Shown here: piece by piece, positions 1 to 10,587 of the stretch
Layout: each line of letters begins with the position of its first letter
Position numbering within the stretch: position 1 is the stretch's first letter
NCBI GenBank assembly: GCA_016840485.1
Contig: JAEOSG010000002.1
Coordinates: forward strand, 50,368 to 82,367
DNA length: 32,000 nucleotides
From: Candidatus Baldrarchaeota archaeon
Lineage (GTDB): Archaea; Asgardarchaeota; Baldrarchaeia; Baldrarchaeales; DXJG01
Direction: 5' to 3'
Translations under genes and position numbers: made by a program
Notes under the pieces: generated by a model
The model's input: the letters and a program-made list of their open reading frames with translations, nothing else
Databases searched by the model: none
What the model was told of the DNA's origin: nothing

Positions 1-755
1 TCTCTTATATCTCCTCTTAGAGCATATCTCGCATAAGGACACGGAGCAGAGAAAAAGTCTAATTCTCTAAGATATACGTAAAGAGAAACTTCATTTTCCG
101 GGACTTCCATTAAAGGTTTTACTCTGGGAACGAACTTTGGATGCACGATTGATTGAATGGGCTCAAGTCTAGCTAGTCTCTCTACATCTCCTCTTAAAAA
201 ATTAATGAGAATTGTTTGAGCTTCATCATCTAAGTTATGCGCAGTTGCAAGTTTACTGGCATTAACTTCTCTAGCAGCTAAATTCAATGCTTTCCTCCTT
301 AAAACTCCACAATAGGTACATGGGGCAAGCCTTATTTCTTTCTTTAAAGAACGTTCAAATATAGAATCCAAAGTATAGCCAAAAAGATCTTTAAAAGAAA
401 ACACGACGTGCTCAACATCTAGATCCTTTGCAATTTTTCTAGCAATTCTTAAACTTTCTTCTCTATAACCTTTTATTCCCTCATCAATAGTAATTGCAAT
501 TAGTTCAGACTTGGGAAATTCCCTCTCTATTTTACTAAGAATGTAAAGCAATGCAACACTATCTTTTCCACCTGAGACACCAACTGCAATTCGATCCTCT
601 TCCCTAAACATTTTAAATCTTGAAATAGTTCCCTTTACTCTGTTTTCGACGGATTCTAAAAAACATTTTTTACACAATTTTTCACCGGAATATTTCCTAA
701 AGAAAATCGCTGGACTTTTTTTACACTTAGTACATAGAGTTTGAAATTTCCCCAC
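1..755 (-). CDS. PP-loop ATPase, tRNA 2-thiolation family (TtuA/NcsA-like). The C-terminal part runs off the window.
   Basis: My minus-strand translation from GTG at 755 gives GKFQTLCTKCKK...CKKC...AVGVSGGKDSVALLYIL...APCTYCGVLRR...AHNLDDEAQT. It shows an N-terminal CxxC pair, the SGGKDS PP-loop and an internal CxxC. It is absent from the ORF track because it is truncated by the window edge. Confidence 0.8.
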   Translation of the reverse strand, partial: MGKFQTLCTKCKKSPAIFFRKYSGEKLCKKCFLESVENRVKGTISRFKMFREEDRIAVGVSGGKDSVALLYILSKIEREFPKSELIAITIDEGIKGYREESLRIARKIAKDLDVEHVVFSFKDLFGYTLDSIFERSLKKEIRLAPCTYCGVLRRKALNLAAREVNASKLATAHNLDDEAQTILINFLRGDVERLARLEPIQSIVHPKFVPRVKPLMEVPENEVSLYVYLRELDFFSAPCPYARYALRGDIR

Positions 756-769
756 GTAGATTCATCCAC

Positions 770-1939
770 CTAAGGAATTTTAAATCCAATCTTCAAAAAG
801 GTAAATACAAAATTTAAAATCAACAATGATATTGATAAGACGGCAAATCCAACTCTAAGGGTCTTCGGCATCTTTTCATCGATATTACGTTTTTTCGCCC
901 AGTGCCTTACCAAATCGCTGACAACTCTGTCTCCATCAAAAAAGGGTATGGGTAGCATGTTGAAAATTGCTAGGCTAAGTGAAAGCAGAAAGGTCCAATT
1001 TACAACCTCAAAAAGATAATACGGAACCATAACTCCTAGCATTTTACTAAACATATTTTTAGAAGGATAATAGTTAAACGTATACACACCTATATAGCCC
1101 CTGGAAGAATTCACAGGATGTCTTGCTGTTGTTAACCTGATAATTCCCTCACTTGTATTAAACACTAAAGTTTGATTTGGACTAACATTTACAAGATAAT
1201 TATGAAACTCTTCAACATTATGAACCATTGTACCATTTATTTCGAATATAACAACTCCAGGCTTGAAAACTTCAGAAGCAGGGGTTCCCTCTACAACATC
1301 GGTAATTAAGACACCAGCAGGGGCCGCATATAGGGGTAAAATCAGCAATTCAAAATTTATCAGCAAAATAAGAAAGAGCATTGCAACAATTAGATTAGCC
1401 ATTGATCCTGCGCTAAAAATTTTAAGTCTTTTCACGACGTCCTGTTTCTTCATTCTTTCTTCATCCAATTCCACAAATGCGCCCGGTATTAAAATAAATA
1501 GTAATGCGCCAGAGCTTCTCACAGGTATTTCTTCGGCTTCTGCTGCAAGTCCGTGGGCAAGTTCATGAGCAGTTACCGACACAGCAAGAGCGAAAAACAA
1601 ATAATACAATGTTTTGCCTGTGATGGTAATACCTGGCAAGACTGGGACAACAGACGCTGCTGTTGAGGGGTTCACAAAAAATTTTATTAGGTTAGTAAAT
1701 AAAAAATAAAATCCGTAAAATAGGGAAGCAATTCCTAAAGGTATGCCTATAAGCCATATCCTCTTCCAAAGCCAAGGGAATTTTTTTGCTATTTTCCTGA
1801 TAAAATTATTAAACTTCTTTGTTTTCCACAGAATTGCAAACGGAGAAATCTCTAATCCATATTTCTCAAGGTTTAAGTATCGACCAATAAGTGTAATCAT
1901 AAGCCAGAAAACCAATAAAGTCATAATTAACGAATTCAT
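770..1939 (-). CDS. Site-2 protease family (M50) membrane metalloprotease with a PDZ-like insert
   Basis: HELAHG (HExxH) lies in a transmembrane segment. NMLPIPFFDGDRV (NxxPxxxxDG) lies near the C-terminus. There are multiple hydrophobic helices. Confidence 0.85.
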   Translation of the reverse strand: MNSLIMTLLVFWLMITLIGRYLNLEKYGLEISPFAILWKTKKFNNFIRKIAKKFPWLWKRIWLIGIPLGIASLFYGFYFLFTNLIKFFVNPSTAASVVPVLPGITITGKTLYYLFFALAVSVTAHELAHGLAAEAEEIPVRSSGALLFILIPGAFVELDEERMKKQDVVKRLKIFSAGSMANLIVAMLFLILLINFELLILPLYAAPAGVLITDVVEGTPASEVFKPGVVIFEINGTMVHNVEEFHNYLVNVSPNQTLVFNTSEGIIRLTTARHPVNSSRGYIGVYTFNYYPSKNMFSKMLGVMVPYYLFEVVNWTFLLSLSLAIFNMLPIPFFDGDRVVSDLVRHWAKKRNIDEKMPKTLRVGFAVLSISLLILNFVFTFLKIGFKIP

Positions 1940-2131
1940 AGTTCATCCCATCACGTCAAACCAATTTTTACCTAAAAATTTTATGTCTGACAAAATTAAA
2001 TGAAAAACAATTCACTAGAGAAAGATAAAATTTCAATATAAAGCCATCGGTAACCAATATAAAGTGAATTTATAAATTAGAACGCGAGGTATTTGAAAAT
2101 TCAGTATAAAAAATATGAGGTTATAGGTTAA

Positions 2132-2851
2132 ATGGCAAGAAAGCCGATTAGAGTGAGAGATAAGATAGAAGTAATTTACACGGAGGAAAGATGGAAACTT
2201 CTAAAAGAGCTTAGAGAAAAAGCCTTGAGAATAATGGAATTACTGGCAAGATATAATATTCAGACAATTGCCCATGGTAGCATTGCAAGGGGGGATGTTA
2301 CACCTCAAAGTGACATAGACATAGTTATACCTCAGACAGTATCTCCTTTTCAGGTGGAATCGGTGTTGCATAGCGCTGGGTTCGATTTTTACTCTCGGCA
2401 AATAGTTCAAGCCACTCCCTGGCACTCTCTAAAGGCTCATATATATTTAGATGAAAAAACTGTAGTGACACTTCCACTTGTTAAGCTTAGGGAAAGGGAA
2501 TGGGAATTCTATAAGTTTGGTGGCCTAGTAACCATAAATGAACTCAGAAATAACATTAGAGTCCCAGGCGTCGACAAACGTTTAATACTTATTGAACCCA
2601 CAGTAAAAGGACACATCGAAAGTTCTATTATTGGCAGAGAATCTGAAGTAGCAAAAATTCTAGGAGTTAGTGTTGATATAATTGAAGAAAGAATAAACGT
2701 TCTGTTGAGAAGAGACAAAATAGGGAGGACTGGGGTTTACTTAAAAAGAGAGCTGTCACCACACGAAACTTTCGGTGAAGTCTTAAAAAAAGTTGCTGAC
2801 AGAGATCCTATCGTCAGAAGAAGAATTTTAGAGGACAAAGGAGTGAAATAG
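2132..2851 (+). CDS. Pol-beta superfamily nucleotidyltransferase domain protein
   Basis: GSIARGDVTPQSDIDIVI matches the GS...D.D minimal nucleotidyltransferase motif. The specific function is not assignable. Confidence 0.6.
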   Translation: MARKPIRVRDKIEVIYTEERWKLLKELREKALRIMELLARYNIQTIAHGSIARGDVTPQSDIDIVIPQTVSPFQVESVLHSAGFDFYSRQIVQATPWHSLKAHIYLDEKTVVTLPLVKLREREWEFYKFGGLVTINELRNNIRVPGVDKRLILIEPTVKGHIESSIIGRESEVAKILGVSVDIIEERINVLLRRDKIGRTGVYLKRELSPHETFGEVLKKVADRDPIVRRRILEDKGVK

Positions 2852-2854
2852 CGG

Positions 2855-3940
2855 ATGCGCGAAATAAAAGAAACTGCAGGTAGATCCTTAGTTGTAGGAA
2901 AACTTCCACGAGGCTGCGAACTCTGTATGGAAGGAGCTAAACTAGTTCTTTTCGTAACAGGCTTATGTCCTAGAAGGTGTTTTTACTGTCCACTGTCGGA
3001 GAAAAGGCGATGGAAAGATGTGATTTTTGCTAACGAACTAGAAGTAAGAAAGGATGGAGACATAATTAAAGAAGCTAGGCTGATGAATGCGCTTGGAGCG
3101 GGAATAACTGGAGGAGATCCTTTAATAAAACCAAAAAGAACAATTAGATACATCAAATTACTTAAGGAAACTTTTGGTCCAAACTTTCATCTTCATTTAT
3201 ACACCAGTGGTAGAACGGTTACTAAGAAACTCTTACGTGATTTATCTGAGGCAGGGCTGGACGAAATACGTTTTCATCCCAGCAAAAGTGATTGGAAAAA
3301 GATAGAATGGGCATTAGACACGGACATGGATGTAGGAGCTGAAATTCCCGCAATACCAGGAAAAGCTGACGAAATCAAGGTGTTTGCAAAATATCTTGAT
3401 GATATCGGAGCATCATTTCTTAATCTAAATGAACTAGAGTTTAGTGAGACAAATGCTCAAGAGCTTAGAAAACGAAACATTAAGCCCAAAAGCGGTACAT
3501 TAGCAGCTGCTGAAGGAAGCGAAGAAACCGCGCTTAATGTTTTAAAATGGGCAGCACGAAACTTAAAAATAACAGTTCACTATTGCCCATCAAGTCTTAA
3601 AGACAGCGTTCAGCTTAAAAATAGGCTTTTAAGGAGAGCAAAAATAGTAGCTAAACCCTATGAAGAGATTACAGAGGAAGGTTTGCTTGTCAAAGGAATA
3701 ATTCAGTTACCAAATAAGGGGTTAAATGACCTTAAACGATTAAAACTCATTCTAATAAGGCGATATGGCGTCCCTCAAAAACTGTTACATATAGACGAAA
3801 AGAATATGGTAATTGAAACGGCTTGGTACGTCGTTGAAGAATTATCAAAAGAATTAAAACGTAGATTTAATGCTGAAATTGGTATAGTTGAAGAATATCC
3901 AACAGCTGATAGAGTTAGAATTTCATATACACCTCTTTAA
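2855..3940 (+). CDS. Radical SAM protein (pyruvate-formate-lyase-activase-related family)
   Basis: It has the CPRRCFYCP (CxxxCxxC) cluster near the N-terminus. It starts 4 nt after the upstream stop, so the two genes are probably co-transcribed. Confidence 0.7.
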   Translation: MREIKETAGRSLVVGKLPRGCELCMEGAKLVLFVTGLCPRRCFYCPLSEKRRWKDVIFANELEVRKDGDIIKEARLMNALGAGITGGDPLIKPKRTIRYIKLLKETFGPNFHLHLYTSGRTVTKKLLRDLSEAGLDEIRFHPSKSDWKKIEWALDTDMDVGAEIPAIPGKADEIKVFAKYLDDIGASFLNLNELEFSETNAQELRKRNIKPKSGTLAAAEGSEETALNVLKWAARNLKITVHYCPSSLKDSVQLKNRLLRRAKIVAKPYEEITEEGLLVKGIIQLPNKGLNDLKRLKLILIRRYGVPQKLLHIDEKNMVIETAWYVVEELSKELKRRFNAEIGIVEEYPTADRVRISYTPL

Positions 3941-3958
3941 TCTTATATAATTGACCAC

Positions 3959-5053
3959 CTAACTGTCTGGGAGCCTGTATCTGAGTAAAGCTGCTATTCC
4001 ACCAAAATTTTCTAATTGTTTACCAGCTGGAGTATTTGCTGCAAAAATCATTACCTTTCCTCTTTTTTTCTCTGTTTCCCTTAACATTTCATCGAGTTTT
4101 TTTCTTTCTTCTTTTGATGATTCCCTAAGTTTTCTGTCAGTTACTAATATGGTATCTACCGCTCCTAAAATTACGGCTTTTTCTACGTTTTCCATTCCAT
4201 AAGTCACGGTACCACGTTCTTGACCTAGCCTTTTTAAGAATTCTTCTATAAGTTCAAGTTCCTCCTCAACGCGCATCTTCTCGGCGGCTTTTGAGATAAC
4301 ACCCCTACGAAGAACTTCATATACAGCGTTTTCGCCACCGCTACTGGCACTATCCACAACCACCTTACCTGAAAGTTCAGACATCTTTGAAACCAGATAT
4401 TCAGAAAAATGGTCTTTTACAAATCCAGGGCCAGCCACCACGATTACCGAAAAATTATTCGCTTTTCTAATGTTTTCTTCTACAACTTTAAAAACGTCAC
4501 TAAAAAATTTCTTAATTGCTTCATCGTGGTATTTCGAGTTTAATCTCTTACCTGGAATACTTTGAATAATTTGAGCCACTATTGTAATATCATAGTCACC
4601 AACTACTGCTATCGTTGCTTCGCCTTCTTCTATTGCTACTATAAGAGCCTTTGGCCTTCTAGCACTTTCTACAGCTTCTTTAATCCTCTTTAATATAAAA
4701 GTAGGCCATTCTTCCTTAATTATTTTTATTTGAGTACCAATATTAACGTTAATGGTATGATAGGATCCCAGTGCTCCTATATTATCGGGGGCCTCTATAA
4801 TTATTCCCTTAATTCTCAATCTATTTGTAAACTCATGAAAATCTACGCTTTCAACCTTTAAACCTAAATAAACAATTTTTTTCTCAACCTTTTTTCTTCT
4901 TTTCACTTCTTCGCCTCTTTCTATTTTTCGAAGAGTTTTTGCGTAAACGATGTCGCCTGGAGTAATAACGTTATAAAGATGCCATAAATCATCTAAATTC
5001 TCTGGAATAAGCGTAATTTCACCTCTTTTTAGATTTTTGTGAACAATTTTCAT
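3959..5053 (-). CDS. pelA: Pelota (Dom34) mRNA surveillance / ribosome rescue factor
   Basis: MKIVHKNLKRGEITLIPENLDDLWHLYNVI is a typical Pelota N-terminus, with an eRF1-like C-terminal domain. The start was moved to the MKIV methionine. Confidence 0.85.
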   Translation of the reverse strand: MKIVHKNLKRGEITLIPENLDDLWHLYNVITPGDIVYAKTLRKIERGEEVKRRKKVEKKIVYLGLKVESVDFHEFTNRLRIKGIIIEAPDNIGALGSYHTINVNIGTQIKIIKEEWPTFILKRIKEAVESARRPKALIVAIEEGEATIAVVGDYDITIVAQIIQSIPGKRLNSKYHDEAIKKFFSDVFKVVEENIRKANNFSVIVVAGPGFVKDHFSEYLVSKMSELSGKVVVDSASSGGENAVYEVLRRGVISKAAEKMRVEEELELIEEFLKRLGQERGTVTYGMENVEKAVILGAVDTILVTDRKLRESSKEERKKLDEMLRETEKKRGKVMIFAANTPAGKQLENFGGIAALLRYRLPDS

Positions 5054-5144
5054 CGATAGCACACTCGTATATCCTTTATGTACAATAAATTAAAGATAAC
5101 AACTTATTCATCATTATTTAAAGGCATGCAAATATATGCAATAA

Positions 5145-5633
5145 TTGAGGTCGAGGAGTTTGGAGTTTGACAAAAACACAAAAAAGGATATATCTAAAAA
5201 TATATTTATACGTTTGGTGCAAAGAACGGATCTGCGACGAATTTACGAAATAGAGATAGAATCTTTTAAAACTCCTTACTCTTTTTTTACTCTCCAAACG
5301 TTATTTTGGTTTAACAAAGAATATTTTTATGTTGCCGAAATAGATGGGAAAATAGTCGGGTACATAATAGGGGATGTAAGAAATAACCGTGGACACGTAG
5401 TTTCCATTGCTGTAGATTCGCAATATAGAGGAAAGGGTGTAGGAAAATGTTTAATGGAGGTTTTAATCAAGAAATTCAAGGAAACAAATATAAAAACGAT
5501 AAGACTAGAAGTTGCGGTCTCAAATCTGATTGCACAGACATTTTATAAGAAAATGGGATTTAGAGCTATTGGTCAAATCAAAAATTACTATAGAAATGGA
5601 GAGGATGCTTTTCTTATGGAAAAACGACTATAA
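5145..5633 (+). CDS. GNAT N-acetyltransferase, RimI/Ard1-like
   Basis: SIAVDSQYRGKGVGKCLM is an acetyl-CoA binding Q/RxxGxG motif in a GNAT-fold-sized protein. The true start may be downstream of the ORF-track start. Confidence 0.75.
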   Translation: MRSRSLEFDKNTKKDISKNIFIRLVQRTDLRRIYEIEIESFKTPYSFFTLQTLFWFNKEYFYVAEIDGKIVGYIIGDVRNNRGHVVSIAVDSQYRGKGVGKCLMEVLIKKFKETNIKTIRLEVAVSNLIAQTFYKKMGFRAIGQIKNYYRNGEDAFLMEKRL

Positions 5634-5735
5634 ACCAGCTTATGTACTAAGCTTTCTTACACTTTTAATATGCGATATTTTTAAGGGAAGTAACTAATCA
5701 TTTTAAATTTAGAGATATCGTAAAGAGGATAAACC

Positions 5736-8111
5736 ATGAAAATTAAATTTTGGCTTTTAGACATAGCTTACACTATTGGAAAGGGAAAACCACAAGTCGA
5801 ATTATGGGGAATAGATGAAAGAGGAAACCGTATATTAATAATAGATAAGATCTTTCGACCGTACTTTTACGCAATTCCGCGGAAAGACGCTAATATTGAT
5901 ACGTTAATTCAGCAGATTAAAAAATTATCGACTTCAAAATCACCAATCCTAAAAATAGAGAAAGTGGAGAGAAAATTTTTCGGAAAACCTTTAGCCGCTT
6001 TACGTCTCATGTGTCAGAATCCAAAAGATGTACCAGGATATAGAGATGCCGTGATAAAAATACGCGATATAGATTCATATCTAGAGGCCGACATCCGATA
6101 CTCTATTCGTTATCTTATCGACAACCAGTTAATACCTTGTGGATGGCATCTAGTCGATGTAGAAGAAATTCCTAATGACAAAAAATACCAAGTAGACAAG
6201 ATATACATTGCAAAAAAACCTCCAGTCCCCACTGGGGAGACGTTTTTCCCCGAACTAAGGATAATGTCCTTTGACATTGAATGTTATAATCCCAAAGGCG
6301 TACCAATACCTGATAGAGACCCTATTATTATAATATCGGTCGTTACAAGTAGCGGCATTAAAAAACAATTTTTGGCAGAAGACCATGGAGATGTCAACTT
6401 AATAACAGAATTTGTGAACTTTATCAAGGTGTTTGATCCCGATATAATTGTAGGGTACAATTCTAATCGCTTTGACTGGCCTTACCTAATGGAGAGAGCA
6501 GCACGACTCGGCGTGAAACTAGACATTGGAAGGAATAGAGGAGAACCTCATACCTCTGTTTATGGGCATATTTCCATAGCTGGTAGAGCAAATATGGATT
6601 TATTAGACTATGCTGAGGAACTATATGAAGTGAAAGTAAAAACTCTGGAAAACGTTGCCGAATATTTAGGAGTTATGAAAACAGAAGAAAGAACGATAAT
6701 AAATAAGCTAAAAATCGCCGAGTACTGGGATCATGAAGACAAAAGAAAAGAATTGTTGAAATATGCCATGGAAGATGCAGAAAGTACTTTTGGAATAGCG
6801 GAAGAAGCCTTACCCTTTGCTATGCAGCTATCATCTATCGTGGGACTACCCTTAGACCAGGTGCTAGCTGCAGCAGTAGGATTCAGAGTTGAATGGCATC
6901 TAATGCGGCATGCTTACCTAGACGGTGAGTTAGCACCTAATCGGGTGGAACGAAAACACATACCATACAAAGGTGGTTTAGTTTTAAAACCAAAAATGGG
7001 GATCCATGAAAACGTTATAGTTTACGACTTCAGCGCGCTTTATCCAAATCTCATGATAAGATACAATATTTCCCCTGATACATATGTTCCACCTGACGAA
7101 GATGTCCCATCAGAAGAGGTTTATGTAGCACCAGAAGTTAATCATCGTTTCCTAAAGAGTCCGCCCGGGTTATACAAACGCGCACTTACAAAACTTCTAA
7201 AAGCAAGAGAAGAAATAAGACAAAAAATGAAGCAGCTTGATCCAAGAAGCTTAGAATATAAATTGCTTGATAATCGTCAGAGAGCCATAAAGGTCATTGC
7301 AAATGCCACCTATGGATATGCAGGATGGATCGGAGCCAGATGGTACATTAAACCAGTAGCAGAAGCAACAACAGCATGGGGAAGAGAAACAATAAAGAAA
7401 ACCATCGAAATAGCCAAGAAACTAGGACTAACAGTAATATACGGAGATACCGACAGCGTTTTCTTAAAATATGAACCAGATAAGATCGAAAAATTTGAAA
7501 GAATGGTTGAAAAAGAATTAGGCTTAGATATCAAGCCAGACAAGATCTATAAGCGTGTTTTCTTTACTGAAGCTAAAAAGCGATATGCTGGTCTTCTAAA
7601 AGATGGGAGAATAGATGCCGTAGGCTTGGAAGTCGTTAGAGGAGACTGGAGTGAGATAGCTAGAGAAGTTCAAGAAAAAGTTATAGAAATAGTCTTAAAA
7701 GAAAAATCTCCAGAGAAAGCAGCCAACTATGTAAGGGACGTGATTAAACAACTGAAAGAGAAAAAGGTTCCTTACGAACAACTAGTTATATGGAAAACAT
7801 TAACTAGAAAACTTGAAGAATACAAAGTGGAAGCAGCGCATGTCATGGCTGCTAAAAAACTTTTAGAAGCTGGAGGAACACTAGAAGTTGGAGATAAGAT
7901 AGGATACGTCATAGTTAAGGGCGAAGGCAAATTAGCGGACAAAGCTGTACCACACAACATGGCAGACTATGATGATATAGATATAGAGTATTATATAAAC
8001 AAGCAAATAATTCCAGCAGCGCTTAGAATACTTGAGGGCTTTGGGTACGATGAAAAACAATTAAAAACAGGGGAAAGGCAGGTATCACTTTTTGATTTTT
8101 TGAAAAAATGA
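5736..8111 (+). CDS. polB: Family B DNA polymerase
   Basis: It shows Exo I FDIECY, motif A DFSALYPNLM, motif B KVIANATYGY and motif C YGDTDS. Confidence 0.95.
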   Translation: MKIKFWLLDIAYTIGKGKPQVELWGIDERGNRILIIDKIFRPYFYAIPRKDANIDTLIQQIKKLSTSKSPILKIEKVERKFFGKPLAALRLMCQNPKDVPGYRDAVIKIRDIDSYLEADIRYSIRYLIDNQLIPCGWHLVDVEEIPNDKKYQVDKIYIAKKPPVPTGETFFPELRIMSFDIECYNPKGVPIPDRDPIIIISVVTSSGIKKQFLAEDHGDVNLITEFVNFIKVFDPDIIVGYNSNRFDWPYLMERAARLGVKLDIGRNRGEPHTSVYGHISIAGRANMDLLDYAEELYEVKVKTLENVAEYLGVMKTEERTIINKLKIAEYWDHEDKRKELLKYAMEDAESTFGIAEEALPFAMQLSSIVGLPLDQVLAAAVGFRVEWHLMRHAYLDGELAPNRVERKHIPYKGGLVLKPKMGIHENVIVYDFSALYPNLMIRYNISPDTYVPPDEDVPSEEVYVAPEVNHRFLKSPPGLYKRALTKLLKAREEIRQKMKQLDPRSLEYKLLDNRQRAIKVIANATYGYAGWIGARWYIKPVAEATTAWGRETIKKTIEIAKKLGLTVIYGDTDSVFLKYEPDKIEKFERMVEKELGLDIKPDKIYKRVFFTEAKKRYAGLLKDGRIDAVGLEVVRGDWSEIAREVQEKVIEIVLKEKSPEKAANYVRDVIKQLKEKKVPYEQLVIWKTLTRKLEEYKVEAAHVMAAKKLLEAGGTLEVGDKIGYVIVKGEGKLADKAVPHNMADYDDIDIEYYINKQIIPAALRILEGFGYDEKQLKTGERQVSLFDFLKK

Positions 8112-8130
8112 GATAGAGGCTTTGAATAAA

Positions 8131-9390
8131 ATGTCGTATGATAAAGAAAAATTTGACAGATTTATGGAAGATATTAAAAAAGCAATAGAATCTTTGAGAG
8201 AAAATCTCACTCAAGAGGCCTTTCTTATTTATCATGATGATGCTGACGGAATAACTTCAGCAGCTATTCTCAAAGAAAGCTTAAAAAATATAGGCTTAGG
8301 AGTACGGATGATTTGCCTAGAAAAACTTTATCCTCAAGTTGTTCAAGATTTACATGCAAAAGGGGGTAGAATTTTTTTCTACGTAGATATTGCAGCAGCT
8401 CATGCAGAGTTTTTATCAAAGATAAATAAGAGCCGCAATTTAACAATTATATTGGATCATCACGATGCAGTACCCTCCAAGGATCCGCTTATTTACAATT
8501 TGGACCCTGAACTCTACGGTTTTAGTGGAGAAAGGGATGCCTCAGGAGCTACTACTACGTATCTTTTTGCAAAATGTTTAGATCAATCTAATGCAAAACT
8601 AGCTCATTTAGCCGTAATTGGAAGTGCTGAAATACCAGGTAACTTATCTGGATTGAATAAAATTCCTCTCAGTGATGCAATCAAACAAGGGAAGGTAGTC
8701 GTTTCAAAAAGAGGAGAAAAGGAACTATACTCAGTAAGGCTTAATGGAGGCACGTTTTCCCACACAGATTTATCAAAAAAGCTAACCATACTGGGATCGG
8801 TTGGATACTATAAAGGTGGTCCTGAAATCGCTGTAAGGGCATGTCTTCACGGAATAACTCCAGAAACGCTAGATAAAATCAAAGAATTAGAAAGCAAACG
8901 TAAGCAAGTAAATAAGAGACTTCTAAGTAAGCTCAGAATTAAGGGACTCAAAGAAATTGGTCACATTCAATATTTCCACGCCGAAGATGAGTTCAAAGGG
9001 ATGGGTGTTAAGGTAATAGGTACCTTTTGCTCCTATCTGAGTTATCAAAAATGGATAAAGCAAGACAAATATCTTGTAGGATTTATGAATATGCAGCCAC
9101 AAATACCAGGATATGGAGAGCTAAGAGGAAACTTTGTGAAAGTGTCTGTTAGAGTCCCTCAACTCTTAAAACAAAAAATTGAAAGGAACGAGGCGGTCCC
9201 GGTAAATGTGATTTTAATAGAAGCTTGCAAGAAACTTTCAGGATTTGCTGATGGTCACACAGTAGCAGCATCTGGAGTTGTACCAAAAGGAACCGAACTA
9301 AAACTCATAAATGAAATGAACAAAGAAATAACTAAGAGAAAAAATACAGGTAGGAAGGGGACGCTCGATTTTTTCTTAAAAACTACGTAA
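8131..9390 (+). CDS. DHH-family phosphoesterase, RecJ/Cdc45 (GAN)-like
   Basis: It shows HDDADGITSAAIL (DHH motifs I/II) and ILDHHD (the DHH motif). It lies immediately downstream of polB. ATG 8131 is preceded by GAGG, and the ORF-track start at 8122 is a TTG. Confidence 0.7.
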   Translation: MSYDKEKFDRFMEDIKKAIESLRENLTQEAFLIYHDDADGITSAAILKESLKNIGLGVRMICLEKLYPQVVQDLHAKGGRIFFYVDIAAAHAEFLSKINKSRNLTIILDHHDAVPSKDPLIYNLDPELYGFSGERDASGATTTYLFAKCLDQSNAKLAHLAVIGSAEIPGNLSGLNKIPLSDAIKQGKVVVSKRGEKELYSVRLNGGTFSHTDLSKKLTILGSVGYYKGGPEIAVRACLHGITPETLDKIKELESKRKQVNKRLLSKLRIKGLKEIGHIQYFHAEDEFKGMGVKVIGTFCSYLSYQKWIKQDKYLVGFMNMQPQIPGYGELRGNFVKVSVRVPQLLKQKIERNEAVPVNVILIEACKKLSGFADGHTVAASGVVPKGTELKLINEMNKEITKRKNTGRKGTLDFFLKTT

Positions 9391-9401
9391 TTTCTCTAAT
9401 A

Positions 9402-10577
9402 TTAGCCTACTTCCTCAAAAGTGAGAACGGAAAGATCGACTGGGCACTTGGTTACGCCTCTTCTAACAGCACCAATAATATACTCGACTCCCTTTTCACC
9501 CGCAACGTCTACAAGTCTCTGAGTAATAACGCCGTCAAAGACTATAGCTCTTACGTTGTCCAATTTTTGTAGTGTCTCTGCTAGCTCACCAACTGAGGTC
9601 CTCTTTATAACCTTAAAACCATTTCCATATATTATTGCTTCACCTTTTCCACGTACTTCATCTATTCCCCTTAATATTTGTTCAGGAACTTTTACTTTCA
9701 CTTCTTCTCTAACAGCTTTCTGTTCTTCAACTCTAACCTTAACAGGTTGAATTTTCTTTAATTCTTCCTTTCTTCTTTCTACTGTAAATTGTTCAACCGG
9801 AAGTTTACTTCTTAACGCCTTAACTATTTCTTTCCTAGTTAATTCCTCTACTTCCCTTCCTGGAGGAGCCCTTGCAATATAATCGATATCAGCTACTTGT
9901 AGAAGTTCCTTAAGTATAAGTTCTCCTCCTCTATCTCCATCAACAAAAGCTATAACATTCTTTTTACGACTTAGCTCAATTATCGTCTTTGGAATGTTAG
10001 TTCCTTCAACAGCTATAACGTTCCTAAAACCATGTTTAAGAAGATTAATGACATCTGCTCTCCCTTCAACAACTATGATCGTATCGGCATCATCAATATT
10101 TGGCCCAGCTGGCAAACCCTCAGGACCGTATCTGATCAACTCACCGGTTCTTACAGCTCTCATAACCTGCTCTGTGATCTCCTGACTTTCAGGAACTACT
10201 TCTTCCTCCCATTTCCTTAAAATTTCTACAGCTCTTTCTACAATTCTCTTTCTTTTCTCCTCACGCACATCTTCAATTTTCTCTAAAGTAACCCTGGCTG
10301 TACACGGACCCACTCTATCAACAGTTTCAAGTGTAGCTGCTAAAATAGCAGTTTCTATCCTATCAAGGCTAGATGGAACTATTATCGTTCCTGTTGACTT
10401 TCCTCCCCTAGTTTCTAAATTAACTCTTATTCTACCTATTCTACCTGTCTTTTGCAATTCTCTTAAATCGAGTTCTTCACCTAATAATCCTTCAGTTTGA
10501 CCAAATATTGCTCCTACAACATCAGATTTTTCAACAACGCCATCTATTTCTATTCTCGCCTTAATAACATATTTCAT
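9402..10577 (-). CDS. dnaG: Archaeal DnaG primase-like Toprim protein (exosome-associated)
   Basis: MKYVIKARIEIDGVVEKSDVVGAIFGQTEGLLGE is a typical archaeal DnaG N-terminus. The Toprim core is IIVVEGRADV...FVDGDRGG. The start was moved to MKYV. Confidence 0.85.
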   Translation of the reverse strand: MKYVIKARIEIDGVVEKSDVVGAIFGQTEGLLGEELDLRELQKTGRIGRIRVNLETRGGKSTGTIIVPSSLDRIETAILAATLETVDRVGPCTARVTLEKIEDVREEKRKRIVERAVEILRKWEEEVVPESQEITEQVMRAVRTGELIRYGPEGLPAGPNIDDADTIIVVEGRADVINLLKHGFRNVIAVEGTNIPKTIIELSRKKNVIAFVDGDRGGELILKELLQVADIDYIARAPPGREVEELTRKEIVKALRSKLPVEQFTVERRKEELKKIQPVKVRVEEQKAVREEVKVKVPEQILRGIDEVRGKGEAIIYGNGFKVIKRTSVGELAETLQKLDNVRAIVFDGVITQRLVDVAGEKGVEYIIGAVRRGVTKCPVDLSVLTFEEVG

Positions 10578-10587
10578 CGTGTCATAT

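Noticed and set aside
1263-2003. Plus-strand ORFs 1263-1568 and 1743-2003, and the other 60-140-aa ORFs nested antisense in long genes (for example 2240-2425, 7310-7543, 9556-9750, 13917-14348, 19567-19995, 20206-20613, 27385-28651, 29774-30338)
   Set aside because: All lie inside and opposite well-supported longer genes, have low-complexity compositions and lack RBS or promoter signals. They are typical shadow ORFs.
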